Notes: generated from the sequence alone by a model not told the origin. A stretch of 63,992 bases of DNA, filler included, from a bacterium (GCA_037439705.1; 8 parts of 8 records of this genome joined end to end with filler, not necessarily neighbours in it), one strand, 5' to 3'. Shown: positions 50,860 through 60,716, counted from the first letter of the whole stretch. Made by a program: numbers and translations.

Positions 50860-52023
50860 GTGAAAGGAATAGGTTCTGAAAAGTCAAGAAGGCTGTTGTT
50901 TATCAAAACGGGATTATGCCTGTTAATTTTCTTTTTCAACTGTCCAATCAAAAAAGAGGGGGCAAAAATGGAAATAAAAAAAGAATTGTTCGGGAATTTG
51001 CCCGATGGAACCAGAATAGATGTATTCACTTTAACCAACTCCCAAGGATTGTCAGCAAAGGTCATAACCTATGGAGCCACCCTCATCTCTCTGAAAACTC
51101 CTGACCGAAACGGAAAATTCGCAGATATAGTTCTTGGACATAAAAACCTTGAAAATTATATAAAAAGGGAAACAAATCCATATTTCGGCTCCACCATTGG
51201 AAGATATGCAAATCGGATTGCAAGGGGCAGGTTTGTCCTTGACGGGAAGGAATTCAAACTTTCCATAAATGACGGAGAGAATCACCTTCACGGAGGCACA
51301 AATGGATTTGACAGAAAAGTCTGGAAGTCTGAACCCTTTCGGGAAGAAAAGGCGGTGGGCGTAAAGTTTACCTACTTTAGCAGGGATGGAGAAGAAGGAT
51401 ATCCGGGAAATCTCACCTGTTCTGTCACATATCGTCTTACTGAAGAAAATGAATTAATCCTGAATTATTTTGCTATTACGGATAAGCCCACTCATGTGAA
51501 CTTGACCAATCACAGCTACTTCAACCTCAAAGGAGAAGGAAACGGAACAATCCTTGACCACGAATTGCTCATAAATGCTGAGCATTTTACACCTGTTGAT
51601 AAAGAACTCATCCCCACAGGCGAAATCAAACCGGTAAAAGGAACTCCTTGGGATTTTACAGAACCTAAAATTATAGGAAAATATATAGACAAAGTGGAAG
51701 GAGGTTACGACCACAATTTCGTTTTGAAAGGAGGAGAAAAGGAATTAAAACTTGCTACCCGTCTTTATGAACCGGAAAGTGGAAGAATGCTGGAAATTTT
51801 CACAACAGAGCCGGGAATTCAATTTTATTCAGGAAATTTTCTTGACGGAAGCATAACAGGAAAAAGCGGAAAACCCTATCCAAAATATGGAGGACTCTGC
51901 CTTGAAACCCAGCATTTTCCTGATTCACCAAATAAACCGCACTTTCCATCAACAGTTTTAAGACCCGGAGAGAAATACGAAAGTTTGACGGTTTATAAAT
52001 TCTCTATAAAGATAAAAAATTAG
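50860..52023 (+). CDS. galM: Aldose 1-epimerase; start is either 50860 (possible lipoprotein signal) or 50968
   Basis: GRYANRI, NHLHGG, TNHSYFNL, YDHNF, CLETQHFPD. Confidence 0.95.
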   Translation: MKGIGSEKSRRLLFIKTGLCLLIFFFNCPIKKEGAKMEIKKELFGNLPDGTRIDVFTLTNSQGLSAKVITYGATLISLKTPDRNGKFADIVLGHKNLENYIKRETNPYFGSTIGRYANRIARGRFVLDGKEFKLSINDGENHLHGGTNGFDRKVWKSEPFREEKAVGVKFTYFSRDGEEGYPGNLTCSVTYRLTEENELILNYFAITDKPTHVNLTNHSYFNLKGEGNGTILDHELLINAEHFTPVDKELIPTGEIKPVKGTPWDFTEPKIIGKYIDKVEGGYDHNFVLKGGEKELKLATRLYEPESGRMLEIFTTEPGIQFYSGNFLDGSITGKSGKPYPKYGGLCLETQHFPDSPNKPHFPSTVLRPGEKYESLTVYKFSIKIKN

Positions 52024-52167
52024 CTTCCTTTATATTATATGAAAATTTTTCTATTTCCTGGGGCCAAATTTACTCTGATGGTAAAAAAGAACATAGCATC
52101 TTTTTAAAAACTGGTCCCTTACTCTATCTTGAACTCCAAATAGAATTAAATAAAATTAAAAAATAAA

Positions 52168-52530
52168 ATGGAACAAAAAATAAAACAACTGGTAGAACGA
52201 ATAAAGAAACACCTGATAAAAGAATATGGGGAGAAAATAAAACAAATTATTATTTACGGCTCTTATGCCAGAGGTGAAGCCACAAAAGATTCTGATATTG
52301 ATGTTTTGGTTGTAATTGATGATTCCCTCAATCCTTTTGAAGTAAGAAAAAACTTGAGCGATATAATTTTTGACATCCTTCTTGAAGAGAAAGAGTTAAT
52401 TTCAATTATAGCTATACCCGAAACCATTTTTAAAAATTACAAATCCCCATTTATATTAAATGTGAAAGAGGAGGTGGGTAATAATATGAATGAAATTAAC
52501 AACCTCATTAAAAAAGCAGAAAAATTTTAA
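52168..52530 (+). CDS. Minimal nucleotidyltransferase (MNT) antitoxin, C-terminus reading into the HEPN N-terminus
   Basis: YGSYARG...DSDIDVLVV. Confidence 0.88.
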   Translation: MEQKIKQLVERIKKHLIKEYGEKIKQIIIYGSYARGEATKDSDIDVLVVIDDSLNPFEVRKNLSDIIFDILLEEKELISIIAIPETIFKNYKSPFILNVKEEVGNNMNEINNLIKKAEKF

Positions 52531-52878
52531 AAAACTGCAAAACTTGCTTTTGATTCGGGAGATTATGATTCCTGTGCTTCAAGGTGTTATTATGCAATGT
52601 TCTTTATGGCTGAAGCGGTACTACTTACCAAAGGCATGAAAGCATCTTCACATAAAGGTGTAATAAGTCTGTTTGGAGAGCATTTTGTAAAAACCGGAAT
52701 TTTTGATAAAGAATTAGGAAAGGCTTTTCACGATGCTTATGGTATGAGGTTAAATGGTGATTACGGTATAGGCTTTGCCATAACTCAAAAAGAAGCAGAA
52801 GATATGCTTAACACATCTCAAAATTTCATCAAGAAGTTAAAAGATTACCTTCATGAAGAATTAAGAGAAACTGATTGA
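52486..52878 (+). pseudogene. HEPN domain toxin with in-frame TAA at 52528-52530
   Basis: MNEINNLIKKAEKF*KTAKLAFDSGDYDSCASRCYYAMF...SHKGVISLFG..FVK...RLNGDY, all in one frame. Confidence 0.8.
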
Positions 52879-52885
52879 GCATTTT

Positions 52886-53950
52886 TTATTCCATCCTGAA
52901 GTAAAGAAGCGGAAATTCTTTTGGATTTCCTCCACTTCTAATAACAACAGCCCTTATGGTGGATGTAACTTCTCCAACAATCCCCCGGGAAAGAATGGAA
53001 AAACAATTAGTTGATGTTCTCAATTGCCCCTGAACGAAGCTCTCCTGCGGATTTGTGCTTTCAAAAACGATATTGAACTCATCTTTGAGAAAGGTTATGA
53101 ATTCGGTGGAAATCCTGAAAGGCTCCTCCTCTCTCTTCTTGATTATTTCATCTGCCACCTCTTCATCTATGTTAAGATGCAGGGACATAAGAACTTCCTT
53201 TGGAGCGGTATTAACATTTATCAAAAAAGCATTTGTTCCAGTAGATAGAGGAAAAACAGTGAGATAAGGAGAAGAAATGGGGTCATCGTTTACGGGAGGG
53301 AATAATGCTTTTTTGAGGTCATCGTTTATAACTTTTATAATTCTTAATTCCGATGGGCTCATAAAAAGGAAATTTCTCGGAGAATATGGACGCTCAAGAG
53401 AGGAATAGAACGAGGACTCATATAACCCTTCATCATCCGGGTCAATCCAGTCTATGAGTGCATTTACAACCTCCTCTGGAGATTCTGCACCCATTATATC
53501 AAAGAACCTTATAAAAATATTCTTTATTACCCTGCTCTCCTTTCCGACATTATCAACAAGGGAATTCACATTAAGTTTCCCCATCTCATCCACTATGTTT
53601 CCAACTATTAAACCCTTCTCACCACCGACTTCTACCTCAAAGGGAATTTTTTTTACCTGCGACCATATCTCCTGCTGAAGGTCAATTTCGTCTCCAGAAA
53701 CATAAAAATCTACATTTGGATAGTTTTTTTCTGCGCGGTCTTCATCAAGGTCTTCCTTTAAAAGTGCCTTAGCACCCTCAAATCCCGAAATGGCTATATT
53801 TTTTGCCTTTATCCATTTCTTATAACCATTTATCTCTTTGAAATAAATCCTTGTTTCATATCCGTAGTCGGTAATGAGTGCTGTAAGAAGTGCTACAAAG
53901 CTGACTGCTATGAGAAGTGCAACCGCTCTTTCTTTTTTAATAAATCTCAT
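52886..53950 (-). CDS. gspK: Type II secretion minor pseudopilin K
   Basis: VALL N-terminal TM, DEMGKLNVN, DWIDPD, INVNTA..EVL; last gene of the G-H-I-J-K array. Confidence 0.9.
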   Translation of the reverse strand: MRFIKKERAVALLIAVSFVALLTALITDYGYETRIYFKEINGYKKWIKAKNIAISGFEGAKALLKEDLDEDRAEKNYPNVDFYVSGDEIDLQQEIWSQVKKIPFEVEVGGEKGLIVGNIVDEMGKLNVNSLVDNVGKESRVIKNIFIRFFDIMGAESPEEVVNALIDWIDPDDEGLYESSFYSSLERPYSPRNFLFMSPSELRIIKVINDDLKKALFPPVNDDPISSPYLTVFPLSTGTNAFLINVNTAPKEVLMSLHLNIDEEVADEIIKKREEEPFRISTEFITFLKDEFNIVFESTNPQESFVQGQLRTSTNCFSILSRGIVGEVTSTIRAVVIRSGGNPKEFPLLYFRME

Positions 53951-54603
53951 TGTTGAACACCGGGAGGAAGGGTTCTGGCTCTGAAAACGGGAAGGGTAAT
54001 CTCAAAAGGAACTTCACCTCCTCCTTTATCTTTTAAAACTAAATAAAGATGAACCGCATTTGGAAGGGTTCCATTGTCCTGCCAATCCTCCACCCAGTCA
54101 GTTCCGTTAAAAAATGTCAGTCTGAATTCAACAACATTTTCAAGGGCTGGAAACACTATTCCTCCTTTTTCAGGGTCATTATCCATTGTTGAATCAACCC
54201 TTTTCATCAAATTGATAGTATCTGTCACAGGGTCTCTCTGCCAGAAATATGTAACCTCCTCATGGTCTGATTGATTAATTGTTTCATTTTCAACATACTG
54301 ATGGCATAAATGTGTAAAGGTAAGTATATCCATATCCCTTCCATTTACGCTGTCCTTTTCAGCTTTAAAAATTGTTGTCCTTGGACCTCCCGCCCATACA
54401 GGAGCAACATAGGCACATTCTATTTCCCTGCTGAAATTACGGATAAAGTTTATCCCTCTTGAATATATTTCCGCAACTTCCTCGCTCGTCTGTCTTGCTC
54501 TCACTGTAGTATAAAATACCGAATAAATTATCGTAAGGATTGTTGCAAAAACAGTAATCGCAACAATTATCTCAATGAGCGTAAATCCGTTTTTCCTTAC
54601 CAT
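53947..54603 (-). CDS. gspJ: Type II secretion minor pseudopilin J
   Basis: GFTLIE prepilin motif; W...W....LP.AV C-terminus; start re-called to ATG 54603. Confidence 0.85.
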   Translation of the reverse strand: MVRKNGFTLIEIIVAITVFATILTIIYSVFYTTVRARQTSEEVAEIYSRGINFIRNFSREIECAYVAPVWAGGPRTTIFKAEKDSVNGRDMDILTFTHLCHQYVENETINQSDHEEVTYFWQRDPVTDTINLMKRVDSTMDNDPEKGGIVFPALENVVEFRLTFFNGTDWVEDWQDNGTLPNAVHLYLVLKDKGGGEVPFEITLPVFRARTLPPGVQQ

Positions 54604-54995
54604 CCCTCTATCTCCCCTGTAAGACATATAACATAGTAATCTCTCGGTCTGGAATCTTTCTTTCCGATACCAATGGAATACTTCAGATAATTCACCTCCG
54701 TTTCTATTGGAATGCAGAGGTCTGTTTCACCCTTTGTTATTTCATAGTTGTCCTGAAAAATCTCCGCAAAATTTGGAGGACGGTAATTTTCAAAAATAGA
54801 ACTCAGATAAAGGTCAGAAATAGCCATTTCACCGAGAAACCCTGATATCGCATCTTCCTTTATTTCCTGTGTTGCCTTCAGGTTCTGATTAACAAGAGAG
54901 AGCAACATAGTAAGAGAAATAACAAGAATTACAAGGGATGCAATTACCTCTATAAGGGTGAAACCCCTATTCTGACTGAATCTCAAAGGTTTCAT
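54597..54995 (-). CDS. gspI: Type II secretion minor pseudopilin I
   Basis: RGFTLIEV prepilin motif; position between H and J. Confidence 0.75.
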   Translation of the reverse strand: MKPLRFSQNRGFTLIEVIASLVILVISLTMLLSLVNQNLKATQEIKEDAISGFLGEMAISDLYLSSIFENYRPPNFAEIFQDNYEITKGETDLCIPIETEVNYLKYSIGIGKKDSRPRDYYVICLTGEIEGW

Positions 54996-55503
54996 TATAA
55001 CCCTCACTAATTTTCACTTCCCCGGTTGCAGGGTTCAAAGAGACTGTTACTTTTTTATCACCCATTCCAAGATGGATATCAACAGGGGGAGTTGCTCCTG
55101 TATGGCTGAACGGTATGTATAATTCTCCAGTTACAACTTTGTCGCCGAACACGCTTATATCTTCTATTGAAATACTTTTTGGTATCTCAAAAACAATTTT
55201 TCCAAGTGGTCCCCACTCACAGAAACCTTCGGATACAGGCTTACAGACCTCAGCCTTTATTTTTCTTTCAGAGAAATTAAAAACAGCCCTTACCGGATAA
55301 TCTGAAAACATGGCTTCTGCCCTTATACCTCTAAGAAAACCAGCAAGCTCCCTTGCAAATCCGTTTAACCTTTCTCTTTTAAAAAAAGAAAAATTCGGAA
55401 TGACAATTCCTGTTATGAGAACGATTATGAAAAGAACGATTGATAACTCAATGAGGGTGAAGCCTTTACTTCTTTTCTTCTTCTCCGTGGACAATATCGT
55501 CAC
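54967..55503 (-). CDS. gspH: Type II secretion minor pseudopilin H
   Basis: KGFTLIEL prepilin motif; follows gspG. Confidence 0.8.
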   Translation of the reverse strand: MTILSTEKKKRSKGFTLIELSIVLFIIVLITGIVIPNFSFFKRERLNGFARELAGFLRGIRAEAMFSDYPVRAVFNFSERKIKAEVCKPVSEGFCEWGPLGKIVFEIPKSISIEDISVFGDKVVTGELYIPFSHTGATPPVDIHLGMGDKKVTVSLNPATGEVKISEGYNETFEIQSE

Positions 55504-55885
55504 CTGAACCCTGTTCGTCTATTCTGTTTGGACCTTTTGAATAAATTATAAAGTTCTCACCATCAAATTTATAAACATATTCCTCTCCCCACGGGTCTTT
55601 TGGTATGCTCCTTTTTGAAAGATAACCACCTTCCCGCCAGTTTACCCCACTTGATGTTTTTTCAATCAGTGCCTTTAATCCCTCCTCAGTAGGCGGATAA
55701 ACTCCGTTGTCAAGTCGGAAAAGTTCAAGGGCATTTGCTATAGCGCTCAGGTCCGTTTTTGCCTTGTTTATTTTTGCCTCGTTCAGATAAGAGAAAACCC
55801 GAACGCTAACAATTCCTGCAAGGAGCCCAATTATAATCACAACCACCATTATTTCTACCAGCGTAAATCCTCTTTCTCTTCTCAT
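55466..55885 (-). CDS. gspG: Type II secretion major pseudopilin G
   Basis: RGFTLVEIMVV, LDNG.YP.TEEGL.AL, DPWG..Y.Y, DDI. Confidence 0.96.
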   Translation of the reverse strand: MRRERGFTLVEIMVVVIIIGLLAGIVSVRVFSYLNEAKINKAKTDLSAIANALELFRLDNGVYPPTEEGLKALIEKTSSGVNWREGGYLSKRSIPKDPWGEEYVYKFDGENFIIYSKGPNRIDEQGSGDDIVHGEEEKK

Positions 55886-55991
55886 CTTTTCCTCCTTTAA
55901 ACCAATTCTATCAAAAAAATATCTAAAATCAATCCCCGGCGTTCCCGAAAATAACTAAATGGATATATTAGAGGAAAAAAATTTTTAAAAT

Positions 55992-56019
55992 TTGATTTTT
56001 AAAATACTCAAAATATAAT
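55992..56019 (+). promoter_or_regulatory. Sigma70-type promoter of tRNA-Lys
   Basis: TTGATT-16-TATAAT, 10 nt upstream of the tRNA. Confidence 0.55.
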
Positions 56020-56029
56020 AAAAACAAAT

Positions 56030-56102
56030 GGGGCATTAGCTCAACTGGTAGAGCAGCGGACTCTTAATCCGTTGGCTGGGGGTTCAAGTCCTCCATGCCC
56101 CA
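56030..56102 (+). tRNA. tRNA-Lys(CTT); CCA not encoded
   Basis: Acceptor stem GGGGCAT/ATGCCCC, anticodon arm GCGGA-CTCTTAA-TCCGT, T loop TTCAAGT. Confidence 0.95.
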
Positions 56103-56118
56103 TATTTGTGTCCACAAT

Positions 56119-57192
56119 TTGAATAAAAAGAAAAAGTACAAACTCATTCTTGGAGACCTGCATATGGGAACAGGAAGAAGCGGACGAGATGGTTTCAATC
56201 CCTTTGAATCATTCTATCAGGACGAAAGATTTATTGAATTTCTTGAATACCATACAAGGGATAAATATGAGAATGCTTACATAGAACTCATATTAAACGG
56301 AGACACCTTCTCCATGCTTGGTGGTGATGAACTCCTTCCCCCAACCCTTGAAGAAAACACCTCCGCAATGGTGCTCACAAAGATAATGCACGGGCACAGG
56401 GAAGTAATTGAGGCGTTGAGAAAATTTGCTGAAAGGGAAAATACCGCTATCACTTTTCTTGTGGGAGAATATGATATAGGGCTCCTCTGGCCTTTATGTC
56501 AATCCCTTCTCAGGGATTCAATTTCAAATAAAGTCAAGGTTATGTTCGGTCCCTATGAGACTTCAGGATTCCGAATAGAACACGGAAATCAGTTTGAGGT
56601 TATTCACAGGTTTGATAAAAAAGAAATTGAAACATCTATAAAAGAAAAAAATATCCTCAAACTTCCTTACGGTCCCCTTTTCATCCACGGCTTCATTAAC
56701 CAATTAAAAAAGGAAAGACCCTATATAGACAGGCTTCCATCTCTCTCAATGTATATCAAATGGGCTTTTTACTTTGACACATCCTTTGCCATAAAAACCA
56801 TAATCAAGGGAATGGGCTTCCTCTTCAAGATATGGTCAAGACACCCTCATTTCCTTTATATGAGGCTTCCGAGCACATTTAGCCTTATAAAAGAACTCCT
56901 GAGAAAATCACCCCTTGAAAAATTTGCCTTTGATTTTCTTAAAAAATTTCCTTATAAAGGTCTGATTCTTAGCCACTCTCACATTCCTTCAAGAAGAATT
57001 ACCTCTGATGGAAAAATCTATCTCAACACGGGAACATGGACGGATATAATAAGTCTTGAGGTTGGGAGTTTAGGAAGGAGGACACTTTTTACCTATGTTG
57101 AACTGGAAGAAGAGGAAGAAAAGGTCATACCACACCTTATGGTGTGGAGAGGAAGAGAGGAATTTGTGGAGGACTTCCATGGAGAGTATTGA
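56119..57192 (+). CDS. Calcineurin-like metallophosphoesterase (LpxH-like) with altered motifs
   Basis: GDLHMG, LNGD, GEYD (in place of GNHD), EHGNQ, SHSH, YLNTGTW. The track ATG at 56095 lies inside the tRNA, so TTG 56119 is preferred. Confidence 0.75.
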   Translation: MNKKKKYKLILGDLHMGTGRSGRDGFNPFESFYQDERFIEFLEYHTRDKYENAYIELILNGDTFSMLGGDELLPPTLEENTSAMVLTKIMHGHREVIEALRKFAERENTAITFLVGEYDIGLLWPLCQSLLRDSISNKVKVMFGPYETSGFRIEHGNQFEVIHRFDKKEIETSIKEKNILKLPYGPLFIHGFINQLKKERPYIDRLPSLSMYIKWAFYFDTSFAIKTIIKGMGFLFKIWSRHPHFLYMRLPSTFSLIKELLRKSPLEKFAFDFLKKFPYKGLILSHSHIPSRRITSDGKIYLNTGTWTDIISLEVGSLGRRTLFTYVELEEEEEKVIPHLMVWRGREEFVEDFHGEY

Positions 57193-58066
57193 AAAAATTA
57201 TAGATTTTCACACTCATCTTGGAGATGTTATAAACGGACTTGAAATTTTCTCATACAAAGAAGAAAAACCGAGGAGAAGAATAATTTTTCTATTTGAAAT
57301 TTTGAGATATAATAATTTTCTCGGCGGAATACCCAAATTCCTTGAGATACCAATTTCTGTTGAAATTCAAAACAGACATGCCTGGTCAACAAAGGAGAAA
57401 CTTTTAAAAAGCATGGAGAAAAACGGAATAACCTGTTCTGTAGTTCACCCTATAGAACCGATTAAAAAAACAGAGGACATATTGAACCTCGCTGACGGAA
57501 AAAAGCTTATTTCATTTGCTTCTGTTTCACCTGATGACCCTGGTAAAGGAACAAAACTAAAAAATTATATTAAGATGGGTTGTAAAGGAGTGAAACTTCA
57601 TCCCATTCTTCAAAAGAGACCCCCTGATTACAAAGGATACTTTGAAATCGTTGAGGAAATAAAGGGAACGAACCTGCCAGTGCTTTTTCATTCAGGAATT
57701 ATAAATTACTATCCAACAAAAAACCTTTATCCTCAATACGGAAAAATTGAGGGATTTGAAAAAATAATAAAGGAATTCCCCCGGACGAGATTTATACTTG
57801 CCCACATGGGATTACATGAACCCGATAAAGCAATTGATTTTGCGGAAAAATTTAGAAATGTCTATCTTGACACAAGTTTTCAGCCCTTAAAAAAAATAAT
57901 AAAGGCTATTGAAAAAGTTGGGGAAAGAAGGCTACTCTTCGCATCCGACTGGCCATCTTCTTTTCAAGAAACCCCTCTCAAAATTTTAAAAAAACTTATT
58001 AAATACAAACCAAACTCCGTTCCTTTCATTGCTTTCAAAAACGCAGAGGAATTGTTAAAAATTTGA
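57179..58066 (+). CDS. Amidohydrolase_2 family metal-dependent hydrolase
   Basis: IDFHTH, GVKLHP, LFHSG, LAHMG, YLDTS, FASDWP; start re-called to ATG 57179. Confidence 0.88.
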   Translation: MESIEKIIDFHTHLGDVINGLEIFSYKEEKPRRRIIFLFEILRYNNFLGGIPKFLEIPISVEIQNRHAWSTKEKLLKSMEKNGITCSVVHPIEPIKKTEDILNLADGKKLISFASVSPDDPGKGTKLKNYIKMGCKGVKLHPILQKRPPDYKGYFEIVEEIKGTNLPVLFHSGIINYYPTKNLYPQYGKIEGFEKIIKEFPRTRFILAHMGLHEPDKAIDFAEKFRNVYLDTSFQPLKKIIKAIEKVGERRLLFASDWPSSFQETPLKILKKLIKYKPNSVPFIAFKNAEELLKI

Positions 58067-58090
58067 AATATATTTTAATTTTACTATAAT
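58063..58090 (+). promoter_or_regulatory. Sigma70-type promoter, probably leaderless
   Basis: TTGAAA-16-TATAAT, 6 nt before ATG 58097. Confidence 0.55.
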
Positions 58091-58096
58091 TTCACT

Positions 58097-58236
58097 ATGT
58101 CAAGAAGGAAGGTTATAACCACAATTTATCTCACATCCGAACAAAAGGAAAAGCTGAAACAGTTAAGCCTGAAGACAAAGATTCCTGTATCAGAGTATAT
58201 TAGGGAAGGAATTGAAATGGTTCTTGAAAAGAACAA
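58097..58236 (+). CDS. Ribbon-helix-helix DNA-binding protein, truncated
   Basis: RKVITTIYLT.EQ...LK.LS.KTKIPVSEYIREGI. Confidence 0.85.
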
Positions 58237-58336
58237 NNNNNNNNNNNNNNNNNNNNNNNNNNNNNNNNNNNNNNNNNNNNTTAATTAATTAANNNNNNNN
58301 NNNNNNNNNNNNNNNNNNNNNNNNNNNNNNNNNNNN
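58237..58336. other. Artificial contig linker
   Basis: N-TTAATTAATTAA-N. Confidence 0.97.
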
Positions 58337-59194
58337 CATTCCCCCTTCAATGAGCACCCTTCCTAACTGTTCCTTCCAGTTTTTCGTGGTTCGTGAAGGA
58401 AGGACGAGAATATCCATTTGTGAGTATACCCTGTGGATTTCTTCATGTGGGATTCCACCAATGTAATTAATAAAATTTCTATCACTTATCAATTCCTTCA
58501 TTTTTCTTTCGTCAGGTCCCCTTCCTGCGATAATCACTTTTATTTCCGGAAAATCGTCTTTCAAACTAACAACCGCATTTATGAAATCAAAAATCCCTTT
58601 ATCTTTCCATATCCTGCCCACATACCCTATTACAACTTCTTTTCCATTTCTTTTTGCGATTTTGAACTCCTCCTCATCAACTCCGTGTGGTATTATAAAA
58701 ATTTTCTTTTCAAATCCCTTTTTTATCAGCACATCTTTTACCTCATCAGTTAAAGCAATTGCTCCTTTTGATTTTCTGAAAACAAATTTTTCAATAAAGG
58801 AGAAGGGAGGAGGATATTTTTTGAAAATGTTTTGTTTGGTATAGAATATAAACGGGATATTGAACCTGTTTGAAAGAAAAGAGAATTGAAATGCAGATAT
58901 GGAATAGGGCTCTTCATCTATAAAAATCAACTGGGGTTTAATCTCATTCACCACCTTTTTTGCTTTTATGTAGAAATGAGTATGAATGTCCTTGAAGGGT
59001 GGAACAATTGCTTTTAATGGATGAGAAGCAAATTTAGCCCCTTCAAGGACATTTTCCTTTTTCTTACCGGTGTGCATTTCTTTCCACGAAGATGGAAAAA
59101 TGAGGTGAACCTCCATTCCTTTCCCACCCAGTTTTGACCATACCTTTTGATTTTCAACCACCACACAGGAATGATCTACTACAAGAACCTTCAC
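58337..59194 (-). CDS. Glycosyltransferase family 4, truncated
   Basis: IGYVGR...KG, LVLPSRT..NWKEQLGRVLIE. Confidence 0.9.
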
Positions 59195-60555
59195 TCTTTT
59201 TCCCCTTTCAGTGGCTCTCTTATCATAATAAAAACAAAATCCATTTTATCTACAATTTTTATTATGTACCCATTTCCCTTTAAAAGATAGGGATTATCTG
59301 TCACAACATAACAGGGGGAATGTTCGCAGAAAGGTGGGAAGTCAAAATAAATCTCCGCATCTACCCAGAAGCTCTGGATGAGTTCACTTATTTTTCCAAG
59401 AATTACCACCCTGCTTTCTTCAGGAACCTTTTCTATTATAAAGTCCCTCATAAGTTTTTGTTTGTGAGTAAAGTGATAATGTTTAAAACTAATAACGGAC
59501 GAACCAATGATAAAAATAACTGGCAGAAAAAGGTTTATAAAAATTTTAGAATAATTCGTTTTATCTTTTACACATTCCAAAAAGGCGGGATAATAAGGGA
59601 TAAGAAGAAGTATTGGAGGTAATATAAATCTTGGACCCATTATGAGTGTCTCAATAAAAGAAGGTCTCTCCTGATAAAAATACCAGAAACTGTAAAAAAG
59701 AATGAATATAGAGGTAGAAATAAAAACCTCTATGCGGAATGGTTTTTTATTAAACAAAGGAATAAGTGGTAAAAGAGGATATATTGTAATGAGTGAAAGA
59801 CTATAAAGGGAAAAATACTTCAGAAAATATTTTGTGGTAAAATACCCAGTGTGGGATAAGTCCCCACTAATCTGCCCGTAGGAGAAGTAGTTGTAGAGAA
59901 TAGTGAGTATTCCAAACGGAAAAAAGCCAGAAATGAATAACAAAAACTCCTTCTTCCTTCTTCTCAAAATCAAGGAAAAAGCAAATATGAGAAAAACAAA
60001 AATGTTGGGATATCTCATAGAAACTGAAATCCCTGAAAATAGCCCAGCAAAAATGTAATTTCCCTTCCTCTCGCTCAGGAGAAAATAAAATGATATGAGA
60101 AGAGCGATTCCTGATGGAAGGTCAGACATAATTGTCCTTGAATAAAGAACAAAGGAAGGATAAAAGAGATAAAGAACGCCATAATAAAGTGGAAAGCCAA
60201 ATTGCTTCAGAATCTTCAAAAAGAAAATGTATCCTGTAAGGAAATAAAAAAGGGTGCCGAGAAATATCCAGTCTCCTTTCCCAAGAGTAAATGGGACAAG
60301 AAAGATGGGCCATCCAAAAGGATGTTTGAAAACAGTGTGCCTTCCATTCCACAATGTCTGAACAAATTTAAGCCCTGCAATATCAGGGTATATTGTTCCA
60401 TTTTTAAGTGTATATGCCATACCCATATACCCCCCTTCGTCAAGGAAAGAATACATCTGTGGATATGTAATAAGATAGATGAGCATAAACAGAAAGAGAA
60501 ATGCGATACTTATTATCAGGTGTTTAGAACTTCCTGAGAACTTCATATTTACCAT
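59191..60555 (-). CDS. GT-C fold (PMT/ArnT-like) membrane glycosyltransferase
   Basis: DEGGY after TM1, HP.GWP, MSDLP, RYPN, PRFILP; multi-pass. Confidence 0.75.
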   Translation of the reverse strand: MVNMKFSGSSKHLIISIAFLFLFMLIYLITYPQMYSFLDEGGYMGMAYTLKNGTIYPDIAGLKFVQTLWNGRHTVFKHPFGWPIFLVPFTLGKGDWIFLGTLFYFLTGYIFFLKILKQFGFPLYYGVLYLFYPSFVLYSRTIMSDLPSGIALLISFYFLLSERKGNYIFAGLFSGISVSMRYPNIFVFLIFAFSLILRRRKKEFLLFISGFFPFGILTILYNYFSYGQISGDLSHTGYFTTKYFLKYFSLYSLSLITIYPLLPLIPLFNKKPFRIEVFISTSIFILFYSFWYFYQERPSFIETLIMGPRFILPPILLLIPYYPAFLECVKDKTNYSKIFINLFLPVIFIIGSSVISFKHYHFTHKQKLMRDFIIEKVPEESRVVILGKISELIQSFWVDAEIYFDFPPFCEHSPCYVVTDNPYLLKGNGYIIKIVDKMDFVFIMIREPLKGEKE

Positions 60556-60681
60556 AATACCCTACAACTTCTAATGCATCAAGGGTTTTACCCCCTTCCA
60601 CTAAATCACTTCCTCATGTCCAATATATATTTTTTTCATACTTCCTTAAACGGGTAAAGCTTAACCTTTTCCATAATTAAA

Positions 60682-60710
60682 TTGAAAAGGTGACAATATG
60701 ATGATATAAA
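60682..60710 (+). promoter_or_regulatory. Extended -10 sigma70-type promoter, probably leaderless
   Basis: TTGAAA-17-TGnTATAAA, 6 nt before ATG 60717. Confidence 0.5.
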
Positions 60711-60716
60711 TCTAAA

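Noticed and set aside
25379-52530. Alternative genetic code suggested by in-frame TAG and TAA
   Set aside because: All three stop codons terminate conserved genes at expected positions, and the lesions are of mixed types
56095-56118. CDS starting inside tRNA-Lys
   Set aside because: The ATG is part of the acceptor stem; a downstream TTG start is more plausible
8450-58336. Regularly spaced TTAATTAATTAA motif about every 8.3 kb
   Set aside because: Artificial contig linker inside N runs. Internal contig lengths fall monotonically (8286, 8240, 8229, 8217, 8127, 8088), so contigs are size-sorted and cross-linker adjacency is meaningless.
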